64,000 nucleotides of DNA, taken from the NCBI RefSeq assembly GCF_009914755.1, contig NC_060934.1. The stretch is one strand, 5' to 3'. The notes under the pieces were generated by a model that made no database searches, was not told where the DNA came from, and saw only the letters and a program-made list of their open reading frames with translations. The DNA is from the human T2T-CHM13v2.0 reference genome, Homo sapiens. The position numbers were made by a program, and so were the translations under genes. Numbering within the stretch: the stretch's first letter is position 1; every line of letters begins with the position of its first letter. This document shows positions 13,857-28,582 of this stretch, in pieces.

Positions 13857-16639
13857 GAGAAATGAAATATATATATTAATACAACACTACAGTTGACATT
13901 AAAGGTAATATAACAACAAATATAAAAAAGGAGAAGTCTTATAATTTATATCTTGTGATGAGAAAATATATATATATATATACACACACATACATATATG
14001 AAAAACAGGCTTGCTTACTCAACTTACTCAGTTATCTCACATTTGTCAAATTACACATAGTCAACTTCACACCGATGCATCTGTCCTTCACACTCCCTTG
14101 AAATGGCCTAAACATGTTCTACTCCTTCAAGCGCCAGGTCACATCTCACTTTCTCAGCTAAGATTTGCTTTTTCATCTCATAGTGATCTCTTCCTCTTTT
14201 CCACAAAATTAAATTGTTTTTTGTATTACTCTGTTCTGCCTTCCATCTTTTATGGATAGACCATCTTTATGATGGATGATTAATTACATACAAGAAAAAG
14301 TCCTATGTCTCCTTCTCTGTAACCCCAACTTTTGTCTTGCAAATGTATCATAGTAGAAGATAATTTAACAACAAAAAGTAGAATCCAAGAGGGCAGAAAA
14401 GATGTCATGTAAAATTATGCTTCGTCTTCTTTCATGTTTCCTTGGTAACAGAAATGTCTTGTCCACAGATTTTAACTTCCATTTAACTTCCATCTGTGAT
14501 GCTATTTTACAGTGTTATATACAATTTTGTAAATTTGTGCTTATTCAACAAATCTAAAGTTTTAACAATCTGTCACCAGGTGGTGACAAAATCACAGTGG
14601 TACATAGTTTGAGCAATACCAAATGATAAATCATAAACACGTCTAATGCATAATAATGTTACACAATATTATATACATGTAATTTCAGATTCTTCTTGAG
14701 TTACCTCCTGTTCTAAATTCTGGAAATACACAAGAGATTCTAAACTCAGGTTTAAAGACAGACTCTTTTCTATTCACAGATATCCACTTTTGTATATGTT
14801 TTTCCCTGGCTCAGGGGAAGAGAAAGATACTGAACTCCAAGATTAAGGTGCACCGTTCATATATGTGTCAGTTTCTCTGATTGCTCAGCTCTCAGGGAGA
14901 CCTGAATGTGTCAAAAAGGTTGGCTTCCATTTTCCCTCTCAGTTAAAAATTACTGGCGTTCACTTTCTTGGTTCTGGTTAAAACCAACCTTCCTGTCTTT
15001 CAATGCCAGGAGGAAAGACGCAGCAAAAACCTTCATTCAAATTTTCCAACAATTTTTTTAAACTCCACAGCTATAATTTAGCAATTAAAAGGAGAAATTG
15101 GCTCTCTCATTCCAGGTGCTTTCTCTGATCATTTTTTCTTACTTTTTTCTACTTAACTCCCACGCTACCTTACATGTACCAATTAAATAGGGCTCCGGTC
15201 CCTGTCCTTTAAACATACTCCATATTTTTCAGACATGGTACCTTTGTCTCTCTTGCACATCTCATGCTTTTTCTCCTTGTCAAAATCAGAGCATCATTTT
15301 GGTACAGCCCAAAATTTACCATTACATAAAATATTTCCTGATGTCTGCTGCTGTTTGAAATTCTTTCCTCTCCTAAAGACTTGTATGTATTCACTCAGTT
15401 CTTTAGGACATTTGTATGCTGCCAAGTATTGTATTTATTTTCATAGTCTTCTTTTGAAATCAAAGGTATCTTAGAGTATAGACAACGTCTAATTATCTTG
15501 ATGTTTCCTAGTAAAACTCACTGCATCTGGTTTCTTATTTCTCAAAGAAGACCATCTTGAGTCAATATGAACAGAATTTATTATGTTATATACAGTATGA
15601 GTTAGCATTTGAGTTGTGTTGGTTATAGCCACAAGATTTTTTAAAGCAGAATTAAACATTAAAGAGAAATTAGAAAAGTATGTGTTATGCATATGTACAC
15701 ACATACACATATATATCGTGTTAAACTGAATATGTTTAGATACAAAGATATGCATTATTGGGCAATTAATTTTACTTTTTTGTTATCTCTGACACTAAGC
15801 AAGAAAATACAGGGAGGAAAGCTATCTTTCTTTTAGATTTTGGTCTAATTAGGACTTTGTTAATGTTTTGGGGGTAGAATTTAGAATATATTGTGTCAAT
15901 GACCATATTACATGAAGAAAGAGACATAAGAAGAAATTTGGCCAGGGGGGAAATTATGAAAGCACTGAGTGATTGACTTGAGGAAAAACAGGAAAAAATG
16001 AGTGCATAGAAATCAATTAATAACTGAAGTTAATTATTAAGGGCAGACTCAAGAAGCTTGAATGTTTATATAGAAGGCAAGTGGGTTCAAGTGGAATGAT
16101 TCCAAGAGAAAGCTACGTAAGTGGAGTAGGATAAATGTGTGATTTTACAGTAAAACATTTGAAATACAAAGAAGTGAAAGGAGAAAAAAAATGCCTATCC
16201 AGCTTTTAAAAAGTTTCTTTAATAAAAATATGAACAAATCACACAGAGAAAATGACTCATTGCAGAATGAAGGGTGAGCCTCAGATCTGTAGGAGTCATC
16301 TCAGTGTGTTGACCTTCGTAGATTGAAGAACAAATAGGGAATGCCAACGGGGCATTCACAGGCAGCACAAAAGGAGGCCAAAAGAATGTAAGAGCCATAG
16401 CTTTAAGCTACTATTGTGCAAAAACTGCTTTAAAACGACAAGAAACATGGCACTAGGAAAACAAAATCCTGGGCATGATTTGTAAAATGGCTGAAATTAC
16501 ATTCATCTCCATTGTGAAAATTCTTCAAGGCTGCTGAAAACCAAAGAATACGTATGTCAAATATAAGGTTTTTTATCAAGTTTTTTATTGCCCAAAAGTG
16601 TACTTAAAATTATTTTTGTAATTATATACTTACATTTGT

Positions 16640-16850
16640 ATATTAGAATCAGACTAATCTTGCTTCAGGCACAGCTCAGTCAATGCTTATTTTTGTGATT
16701 GTGGGCAAATACTGAAACTTTCCTATTTTGATGTTTTTTGTTGGTAACATAGAAGCAATACTATGCTTGGTGGTGGTGAAGTTCTTAAAGAGTCAGTGAA
16801 GCGAATAAGGTAGCATTGTGTACAGATCTGGTCAAGAAATAAGCCTTCAA
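16640..16850 (+). mobile_element. MIR fragment
   Basis: 'tgtgattgtgggcaaatactgaaactttcc'-type core; decayed. Confidence 0.5.
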
Positions 16851-16945
16851 TTAGCTCTATTATACCTTATAGTGCTTTGCAATTAAAAGTTTTAACTCCT
16901 GCTTTATAAAGAGAGTTTTTAAGTATATAACTATGTGTTAATTTA

Positions 16946-17026
16946 GTTTTATTTTTTATTATACTTTAAATTCTGGGTTACATGTACAGAACGTGCAGTT
17001 TTGTTACATAGGTATACACGTGCCCA
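16946..17026 (-). mobile_element. Very short L1PA 3' end (about 80 bp)
   Basis: 'ttattatactttaaattctgggttacatgtacagaacgtgcagttttgttacataggtatacacgtgcc'; TSD ttaattta at 16938-16945 and 17027-17034. Confidence 0.9.
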
Positions 17027-18079
17027 TTAATTTATTAAATATGCTTCAGTCCAACTGATTTACTCCATGACTTGCGTTCAGCTCAAGCTCAGAGAATAGA
17101 CCCCATGCAAATTTAAAGGCCTGGTTTCTTTGGAGATCTATGCCATTTCATGCAAATCCTTTTACTCACCGCCCCCCCCCAAACAGAACCTCTACACCAC
17201 CTCCCAACATTTCCACGAATTAGTCAAGAACTCAGACAGATTTTACTATTCAACAACAAGGTGGGGTTGATTGTGTCAAGACAAAACTCATCTTCTAGAA
17301 TAGAAAGATCTAGGATACAAGCCAACAAACCAAAGTGGAACAGAAATAGATCAACAAGGAAAACGTTTCACTTTCAGAGTCGATGTGTAAGATATTGTGC
17401 CACAATGAATTACTCATTCTTTGAAACCTATGGGATGTTTGAGCTCTTCTGAAAGAAATAACACCATTATATAAAAGTTAAGTGCTTAAAGCTTCATCAT
17501 GTATTCCCACACATGTGCACCAATAAAACTGATGAAATATTCCACAGTGGCAAGTTTCTAGTAAGGCCCAGTCAACTCACCCATTAAAATTACATTTGCT
17601 GAACCAAAACTTAGCAGCTGGGATGCCATCTTGTATATGCCTCAGTGATTCCATGAACAATATTTACCTCTCTTTAGCTTCATTCATTCAAAATATTATT
17701 TTTTACTGTCTGACATATAGTAGATACTCTATAATTAGATAAGATGAATAGGAACTAGAAGAGTTTGAGGAATCATTTTGAAATGTATGTGTTATTTCAG
17801 ATATTTAAATAATTTGAATTCAAATAGATTTAATTCATTAAATTACTTTGGTATTCATTATTTGCAAGGCATTCTCAAGGCATCATGGGGTATGCAGAGA
17901 AAATGATGAAATTCTTATAGTCACCAAGGTAAAAATAATAAAAACAGTGTATCATAACTAGATACGGTTTATCAAAGGATGACTGGAAGGGTTTAATGTT
18001 AAGAGACTTCAGAATTAAAATTATATAATCATATTGAAACAGGCAAATAAAACACAATTCGTTAAAATTTTTTTTTTTT

Positions 18080-18326
18080 CCAATGAGATCACATGGACAT
18101 AGGGAGGGGAACAACACACACTGGGGCTTGTCAGGGAATGGGAGGCAAGGGGAGGGAGAGCATTAGGACAAATACCTAATGCATGCGGGGCTTAAAACCT
18201 AGATGATGGGTTGATAGGTACAGCAAACCACCATGACAAACCACCACATGACATGTATAACCTATGTAACAAACCTGCACATTCTGCACATGTATCAGAA
18301 CTTAAGTAAAATAAATAAATATATAT
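18080..18326 (+). mobile_element. L1PA (about PA7-PA8) 3' end
   Basis: 'agcattaggacaaatacctaatgcatgcggggcttaaaacctagatgatgggttgatagg'. Confidence 0.9.
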
Positions 18327-18336
18327 TAAAAATTTC

Positions 18337-18635
<299 letters not shown>

Positions 18636-18766
18636 TAAAATTTCCTAACAAATACAAAATGGAAAGGAATCACATGAATAGGTCATGATCACTACCCAAA
18701 ATATACAACAAACATCCTGTTTATTAGTGAAACATAAAAGCATTCTCTTTAAAAACTGGATAAGAC

Positions 18767-19980
<1,214 letters not shown>

Positions 19981-21032
19981 CTTTAGTGGTCCGACATGTA
20001 ATGAGCTTAGAAGTCACTCTAATACTCACAAAAAGAAAAACCTGAATAAAATGAAAATCAACAACCCTTATATTCAGCAGAAAACGAAAATCACTAGGCA
20101 AACTTTAGCCCCCATATTGGAGACACGGGTAAATACAAAGATTTACAGATTACTGGAGCGGAAGTCCAGGAACAAAGTCCACCACTAAAGCCAGTACTAG
20201 ATTCATTTTACCTGGGAAATTATGTCCAGCTTTCCACAAAAAGTACAAGGCATACTGAAGACAAAAACAATGTGTGAAGAGACAAAGAAAGCATGAGAAC
20301 CAGGCCCAGATATGACAGATATCTTGGCATTATCACACTGAGATTTTAAAATAAGTATAATCAGTATGCTAACATGTGCAATGGAAAAAGTAGACATTAT
20401 ATAAGAACATATGTTTAATATAATCAGACAGATGAAGACTCAATAAACAATTAAAAGAAAATGCTATAAATAAAAACCATAACTACAGAAATAATGCCTT
20501 TGTTGGTCACATCAATAAACTGGAAAGAGTGAGAAAAAGAATGAGAAGCATGACTGAACTTGAAAAGACATCAACATGAATTTCATAACTGAAAGGCAAA
20601 GAGAAAAAGACAGATTTAATAAATCATACAAGAACTCTGAGACAATTCTGATTAAGTATATGTCAAAATAGGAATACCAGAAAAAGAAGAAACAGAGTGA
20701 AAACAGAAGAAATATTTGAAGGAATAATGGCTGAAAGTTTTCTAATATTAATGACAAACACCAAACTGCAAATGAAGACATTCAGAGATGACCACTCAGG
20801 ATAAATACCAAAAATATATAACTGGGCATATTATCTTTAAATTTTGGACATCCAAAATGAAGAGAAAATCTTGAAGGAAGCCAAGCAGGGTGGTGAATAC
20901 TACCTATAGAAGACCGAGGATAAAAATTGCACTGGCCTCTTCAGAAACCATGAAGGCAAAAAGAGAATGCAGTGAAATATTTAGTTTTACAGAAAAATCC
21001 AACAACCTGAAATTCTGTATCTGGTGATTTCT

Positions 21033-21198
21033 TTCTGAACCAAACAAAAATAGAAATTTGTCACCAATAGACTTACTTTTCAAGAACTGTTAAAGTAAAT
21101 TATTTAGAGAGGAGAACTTCTGAATCAAACAAAAATGTAAAAATTGTCACCAATAGGCTTACTTTTCAAGAACTATTAAATTTCTTAGAGAGAAGAAA
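21033..21198. repeat. Diverged tandem duplication of about 85 bp inside L1 ORF1
   Basis: 'ttctgaa[c/t]caaacaaaaat...ttgtcaccaatag[a/g]cttacttttcaagaact[g/a]ttaaa' occurs twice. Confidence 0.85.
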
Positions 21199-21698
21199 AT
21201 AAGCTATGTTAGAAACTCAAATCTGCATAAAGAAAAAAGATCATTAGAGAAGGAATAAATGAAAGTAAAATAAAATATTTTATTGTTCTTATTGATCTAA
21301 AAGGTTTTTTCAAAATAATAACAGAAATAATATGTTCAGTGATTACAGCTTATGGACAAGTATTACTTATTAGCATCCTTTTCTTTTGGCTTGAAGAGCT
21401 CCCTTTAGCATTTCTTTTAAGACAGGACTGGTAGTGATAAACATCCTCAGCTCTTGTTTGCCTGAAATGTCTTTATCTCTCCATTTCTCAAGAACACTTC
21501 TGCTGAGTACAGTGTTTCTGGTTGGCAGTTTTTTCTTTAGCACTTTGAATATATTTCCTCATTCTCTTCTGGGCTGTAAAGTTTCTGCTGAGAAGTCTGC
21601 TACTGAGTGCGCTAGAATTCCTCTATGTTTTTTGCTTCCTTTTTCTTGCTGCTTTCAAGACCCTTTCTTTGTCTTTGAATTTGGACAGTTTGATTATA

Positions 21699-22318
<620 letters not shown>

Positions 22319-25300
22319 AATATGTCTTAGAATAGTCTTATTTTGGTTTAATCCAGTTGGAAATTTTCAGCCTTCCTCTACCTGGATATTTCTATCTTTC
22401 TCTAGGTTTAGAAAGTTTTCTGCAATTTTTTAGATAAAATTTCTATCTCTTTATCTTTTTCTTCTCTTGATTTACCTGTGATGACTTGAACATTTGATTT
22501 TTGGGTACTTTCCCATAAGTCCTGAAAGTTGCTTCATTTCTCTTTATTCTTTTTGTTTCTTTTTTTCCTCTTCTGATGGTGTATTTTCCAATAACCTCTC
22601 TCTGGGTTCATAGATTCTTCTGTTTGATGAATTCCGCTGTTGATGCTGTCTATCGAATTTTTTATTTTGTTTATTTAGCTCCAGGATTTCTGTTCATCAT
22701 TATTGTTGCTGCTGCTGTTGTAATGTTTCTGTTGAATTTCTCATTGTGTTCAGTTATTGTTTTCCTAATTTCTTTTAATTGTTTCTCTGTATTTTGTTGA
22801 AGTACACAAACCTTTCTTAAAACAAATATTTTAAGTTATTTGTCAGGCAGTTGATATATCTCCATCTCTTTAGGGCTGGTACTGGTGCTTTATTTTATCT
22901 GTCTGGTGATGTCATTTTTCCCTAATTGTCCTTGATCTTCATTGCCCTGCATCAGTGCCTGTGCATTTGAAGAAGTAGGTACTTACTCCAGTCTTTATAG
23001 ACTAGCTTTGTCTGGAAACACTTCAAAGTTAAGCCCATTTAGAGGGTCTGGGTAGGCCAGTGGGCATGTTCCTTATGCCCAGCACCATGGTGGCGATTAC
23101 AGCACTACGCCATTGGAACACTTTAAGCCTGGGATTACTTCAGTCAGCATGGCTACCAGGCTATAATCCCATAGCTCCTGAGGCCATCCCATCACTGTGA
23201 CGAGGCATGCCCAAAGCCCCATATCCAATGAAGTCTGCCTGTTTGTTGAGGTTTGTTCAGAGTCCAAGGCCACTGCAGACTGCATATGTCCACTTCATAG
23301 GGGCTGTGCTTTCCCACTTGGTGCCAAGGGAGGTTTGGAGACTCAATCCACAGATACCAGTTTACAGTCAGGAGCCACAGTAGTCTGCCTGGTGTAGCAC
23401 AGTGTTAGTGTTCAAGGCAAAGTATTATGTTTATGTCCTTCTCTTTCCCCCAAGTGGACAGTATCTCTCTCTTCATTGTGCTGCTTGGTCTTGGGAGACG
23501 AATGATATGGGTAACATAAAACTGACCTTTCAACCCTCATCAATAAATATTTTCTTATTACTATATTATAACCACGTACTGTAGCATTCTACTTAGTTTC
23601 CTTGGCTCTTTTGAAGACGTTTTTATGTGTGGATAGTTGTTCAAATTGATGTTGAGGGATGATTGCTGCAGAGTCCTAAATTGCCATCTCACTCTACTCT
23701 CCTCCAGTTCATGGGTAAGTAACATGAATGACAGTAATGGTATGAAAGAAAGGAGAGAACTTGGAAATATTCTGTTAAAAAGTACTTGCAGTACCTATGA
23801 CATGTATAGTAATTTCAAAGTGGATTTATATTAGTTATAAATGTATATTGCAAACTCTAAGGTAGCCACTAAAGCTCTTTTTAAAGAAGTATAGTTGATA
23901 TGCTAGCAAGGGAGAATAAATGGAATCATATAAAATGCTCAAGTAAAATTATGAAAGGTAAGAAAAAGGTGAAAGACAAAAATTAGGAACAGAGAATAAG
24001 AGCAACAAAGAGAAAACAGTAACAAATATGGTACATATAAATCCAACTATATCAATAAGCGCTTTAGACTTGAATAGTCTAAATCAACTAATTAAAAAAC
24101 GAAAACTAGCAGAGTAGGTAAAAAACAACACACAACTATACATTGTCTACAAAAGACGTACTTTAAATAAGAAGGAACCATTTGATTTTTTAAAAGGGAT
24201 GGAGAAAGAGGCACCATGTTAACATTAATCAAAGGAAAGTTAGAGTAGCTATCTTAATTTTAGGCAAAGCCAACTTCAGAGCAAGGTTAATTACTTGTGA
24301 GGAAAACAGGGGCATTAAATGATGACAAAGGTTCAACTCTCCAAAAACCTTAACAGCCTTTAATGTGTATGCATCTAACAGAGTGTCAAAATATGTAAGG
24401 CAAAAACTGATAGAATTGCAAGGGGAAAGAGATAACCCTCTATTGTATTTGGAGACTTCAATACCCCTCTATCAGTAACTGACAAATGCAACAGACAGAA
24501 ATTCAGTAAGGACACAGTTGAACTCGACAGCACCGTAAATCAACTGGATATAATTGACATTTAGAGAATACTTCACCCAACAGCAGAATACACATTCTTC
24601 TCAAGCTTCCATGGAACATTCACCAAAATTGCCTACATTTGGGGACACAAAACACATTTTAAGAAGTTCAAAAGAATAGAAATCATAAAAGTATTCTCCC
24701 AAACCATGATGCAATTAAGCTAGAAATCGATGCCTGAAAGATAGCTTAAAAATTCCAAAACATTTGCAGATTAAACAACTTACTTTTAATTAACACATAG
24801 GTCAAATAAATCTCCAGAGTAATTTTAAAATATTTTGAACAAAATAAAACTGAAAATGAAACATCAAATTTGTATGGCACATCAAAAGCAATACTTAGGG
24901 GAAATATATAGCATCGAAGGCATTATTAGAAGAAAGATCTAAAATCAATAATCTTATTTTGCACCCTAGGGAAACCATAAGAAGAAAACATTAAACCCAA
25001 ATTTAATTTTAATTCTAATGCTCACTAAAGTAAGCAGACAAAAGGAAAAGATAGAAAAAGAGCAGAAATCAATAAAATTGAAAACAGGTAATGGAGAAAC
25101 TTAAACCAAATACTTTTAGAAATCAATAAAATTGATAAACTTTTTGCAGGGAAAGAAAGGATAAAAAAGAGAAGACACAAGCTACTAATTTCAGAATAAA
25201 AAGCAACTATCACTACTGATACAATGGACATTAACAAGATAGTTAAAAATATTACTAACAACTCTAGGACCATAAATTGACAACCTAGATAAAATGGATC

Positions 25301-26109
25301 AATTTGTTGAAAGACACGATCTGCCAAAACTCACACAAAATGAAATTGAAGATCTGAACACGTCCTTATCTATTTTAAAAATTGAATCAATAATTAATAA
25401 TCTTCCAAAACAGCACCAGTTTTAGATGGATTCACTGGTTAATTCTATAATACTTTTAAGGAAGAGGTTTTATCAATCCTTTACAATATGTTACAGAAAA
25501 TAGAAGCAGAGAAAATGTGTCCTAATTCCTTGTATAAGATTGACATTATCCTAATACCAAAACCAGATAATGTTATTAAAGAAAGGAAAACTATAGATCA
25601 ATATCTCTCGTAAACCTATGCAAAATTTTCAACAACATATTATTAAGTTGAATTCAACAATATATAAAAAGAATTATGCACCATGACTGAGAGGAATTCA
25701 TTCCAAGTACACAAAGGCAGTTCAACATTCAAAAATTAATTAATGTGATCCATCACATCAACAGAAGGAAAAAGAAAAAGCATATGATTACATAAAAGAT
25801 GCAGAAAATGCATTTGACAAAATTCAGCACCAATTTATAATAAAACTTTTCAGCAAACTAGGAACGAAGAGTAACTTGCTTAATAAAGAACATCTACAAA
25901 AAGCCTATAGTTAACATCAAACTTAATGATGAGAAAGTAGATACTCTTGCACTAATATCAGGAACAAGGCAAGGATGTCCCTTCTCACCTATCCTATTGA
26001 AAATTATGCTAGAAGTTTCAAGTAATGTAATGAGAAAAGAATGTAAAAATTGTATATATTGAGAAAGAAGAATATAAATCTTTGTGTGCAGATAAAATGT
26101 CTACCTAAA

Positions 26110-26183
26110 GATCATGCCACTACCCTCCAGTCTGGGTGACAAGAGCGAGACTCCGTCTCAAAAAAACAGAACAAAACAAAACA
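26110..26183 (+). mobile_element. Extremely 5'-truncated Alu (about 50 nt plus tail)
   Basis: 'gatcatgccactaccctccagtctgggtgacaagagcgagactccgtctc'; TSD aaaatgtct[a/g]cctaaa at 26094-26109 and 26184-26199. Confidence 0.9.
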
Positions 26184-26220
26184 AAAATGTCTGCCTAAAT
26201 AGAAAATCTCAAAGAATTGA

Positions 26221-26221
<1 letters not shown>

Positions 26222-26251
<30 letters not shown>
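26222..26251. repeat. Pure A30 homopolymer
   Basis: Read directly. Confidence 0.95.
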
Positions 26252-26255
<4 letters not shown>

Positions 26256-27356
26256 CTAGAACCAAAAAGCAATTCAACAATGTTCCAGACTATGAGATTA
26301 AAATACAAATGTCAATTCATTTTCTATATACCAGCAATAAAAATTGGATTTTGGAAATAGAAAAGCAACACCATTTACTTTAACACCAAAATTGAAATAT
26401 TTATATATAAATCTGACAAAATATGTAAAAGACCTATATGAGGAAAACAACTAAACTCTCACAAAAGCAACCAAAGGACTAAATACACAAATATGTTCCA
26501 TGTCTATGGATAGGAAGACTTGACATTGATAAGACATCACTTCTTTACAATTTAAGCTATAGATTCAATGCAATCCCAATAAAATCTCTACAAGTTATTT
26601 TGTGGATTGACAAACTGATTCTAAAGTTTTTATGGAAAGCAATTGTCCTAGAATAGCCAAGACAATATTGAAGAAAAAAGTCAGAAAACTGACACTACTA
26701 TACTTTAAAACTTACTATATGCAGTATTCAAGACAGAGTGGTATGGCAAAAGAATAGACAAATATATTAATGAAACCAATACAGACCTGAAAAAATATAG
26801 TCAACTTATCTTGAACAAAGAGGCAAAGACAATTTAATAAAGGATAGTATTTTCAACAGATAATGGAACAAATGGAACCCACGTGAAATACACACTTTGC
26901 ACCTTTCACAAAAATTAATTCAAAATGGATTATAGATATAAATGAAAATGCAAAACAATAAAATGCCTAGAAGATAACAGGAAAAAATATAGGTAACATT
27001 ATATTTGGATTTTTTATTTTTAAAATAAAGTTATTAAACATATTTTATTTATATTAAACTTAATAATATGGTTATATAAATTAAGGAAGCCATTTAACAT
27101 TAACAGTTAGCCCTTTATTATGGACTGAAAAATATTTCCAGGCATGTTAAAGGAAATAAAAATGTCATTACTTCTTATTTTAAATAATTATTTATTTATG
27201 ATGATAATTACTGAAAAATATTATAACACAAAAATAAACTTCTACCATTATTTCTAATGATTACACACAAAACCTGTTGAGAGCCCCAGAATTTCTGTGT
27301 TTTTTGTTTTTGTTTGTCTTTTTTTTCTATTACTGTTCCAACTTCCTATTTGGATT

Positions 27357-28582
27357 ACTTTTCTTTTTTTTAAGTTCAGGGGTACATGCACAGGTTTGTT
27401 ACATAGGTCAATTTGTGTCATGAAGATTTGTTGTACAGATTATTTTGTCACCCTGGTATTAAGGCTAGTACCCATTAGTAATTTTTCCTGATCTTTTCCC
27501 TCCTCCCAACATCCACCTTCCACTAGGCTCCAGTGTCTGTGATTCCCCTCTATGTATCCATGTGTTCTCATTATTTAGCTCCCATTTTATAAGTGAGAAC
27601 ATGTGATATTTGGTTTTCTGTTCCTGTGTTTGCTAAGGATAATGGCCTCCAGCTCCATCCATGTTCCTGCCAAGGACATGATGTTACTCTTTTTTTATGG
27701 CGGCACAGTATTCCATGACGTATATTTGGCACATTTTCTTTATCCAGTCTACTACTGATGAACATTTGGGTTGATTCCATGTCATTGCTATTGTAAATGG
27801 TGCTGCAGTGAACATATGCATGCATGTGACTTTATGTTAGAACAATTTAAATTTCTCTGGGTATGTGCCCAGTAATGGGATTGCTGGGTGGAATGGTAGT
27901 TCTGTTTTGAGGTCTTTGAGGAATCGCCACACCGATTTCCACAATGGTTAAACTATTTCCACTCCCATCAACAGTGTATAAGAGTTCCTTTTTCTCCACA
28001 ACCTTGCCAGCATCTGTTATTTTTTCACTTTTTAGTAATAGCCATTCTGACTGGTGTGAGATGGTATCCCATTGTGTTTTTGATTTGTATTCCTCTGATA
28101 ATCAGTGATATTGAGCTTTTTTTTCATATGCTTTTGGCCAAATACATCTTTATTTTAGAAGAGTGTCTGTTCATGTCCTTTGCCTACTTTTTAATGTTTT
28201 TTTCTTACAAATTTGTTTAAGGTCCTTATAGTTGCTGGATATTAGACCTTTGTCAGATTCATATTTTGCAAAAATTTTCTCCCATTCTGTAGGTTGTCTG
28301 TTTACTCTGTTGATAATTCCTTTTGCTGTACAGAAGCTCTTTAGTTTAATTAGATCACATTTGTGCGCCCTCATCATGAAATCTTTGCCCATTCCTATGT
28401 CCAGAATGGTATTGTCTAGTTTGTCTTCCACACTTTTTATAAGATTGGGCTTTACATTTAAGTCTTTAATACATCTTGAGTTAATTTTTATATATGGTGT
28501 GAAGAAGGGGTCTAGATTCAATCTTCTGCCTATGGCTATCCAGTTATCCCAGTACCATTTATTGAATAGGGTGTCCTTTCCA
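27357..28582 (-). mobile_element. L1PA (older primate, about PA13-PA16) 3' 1.2 kb
   Basis: 'aagttcaggggtacatgcacaggtttgttacatagg'; ORF 28171-28617 ([10 protein letters not shown]...[19 protein letters not shown]) is an L1 ORF2p C-terminal remnant. Confidence 0.9.
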
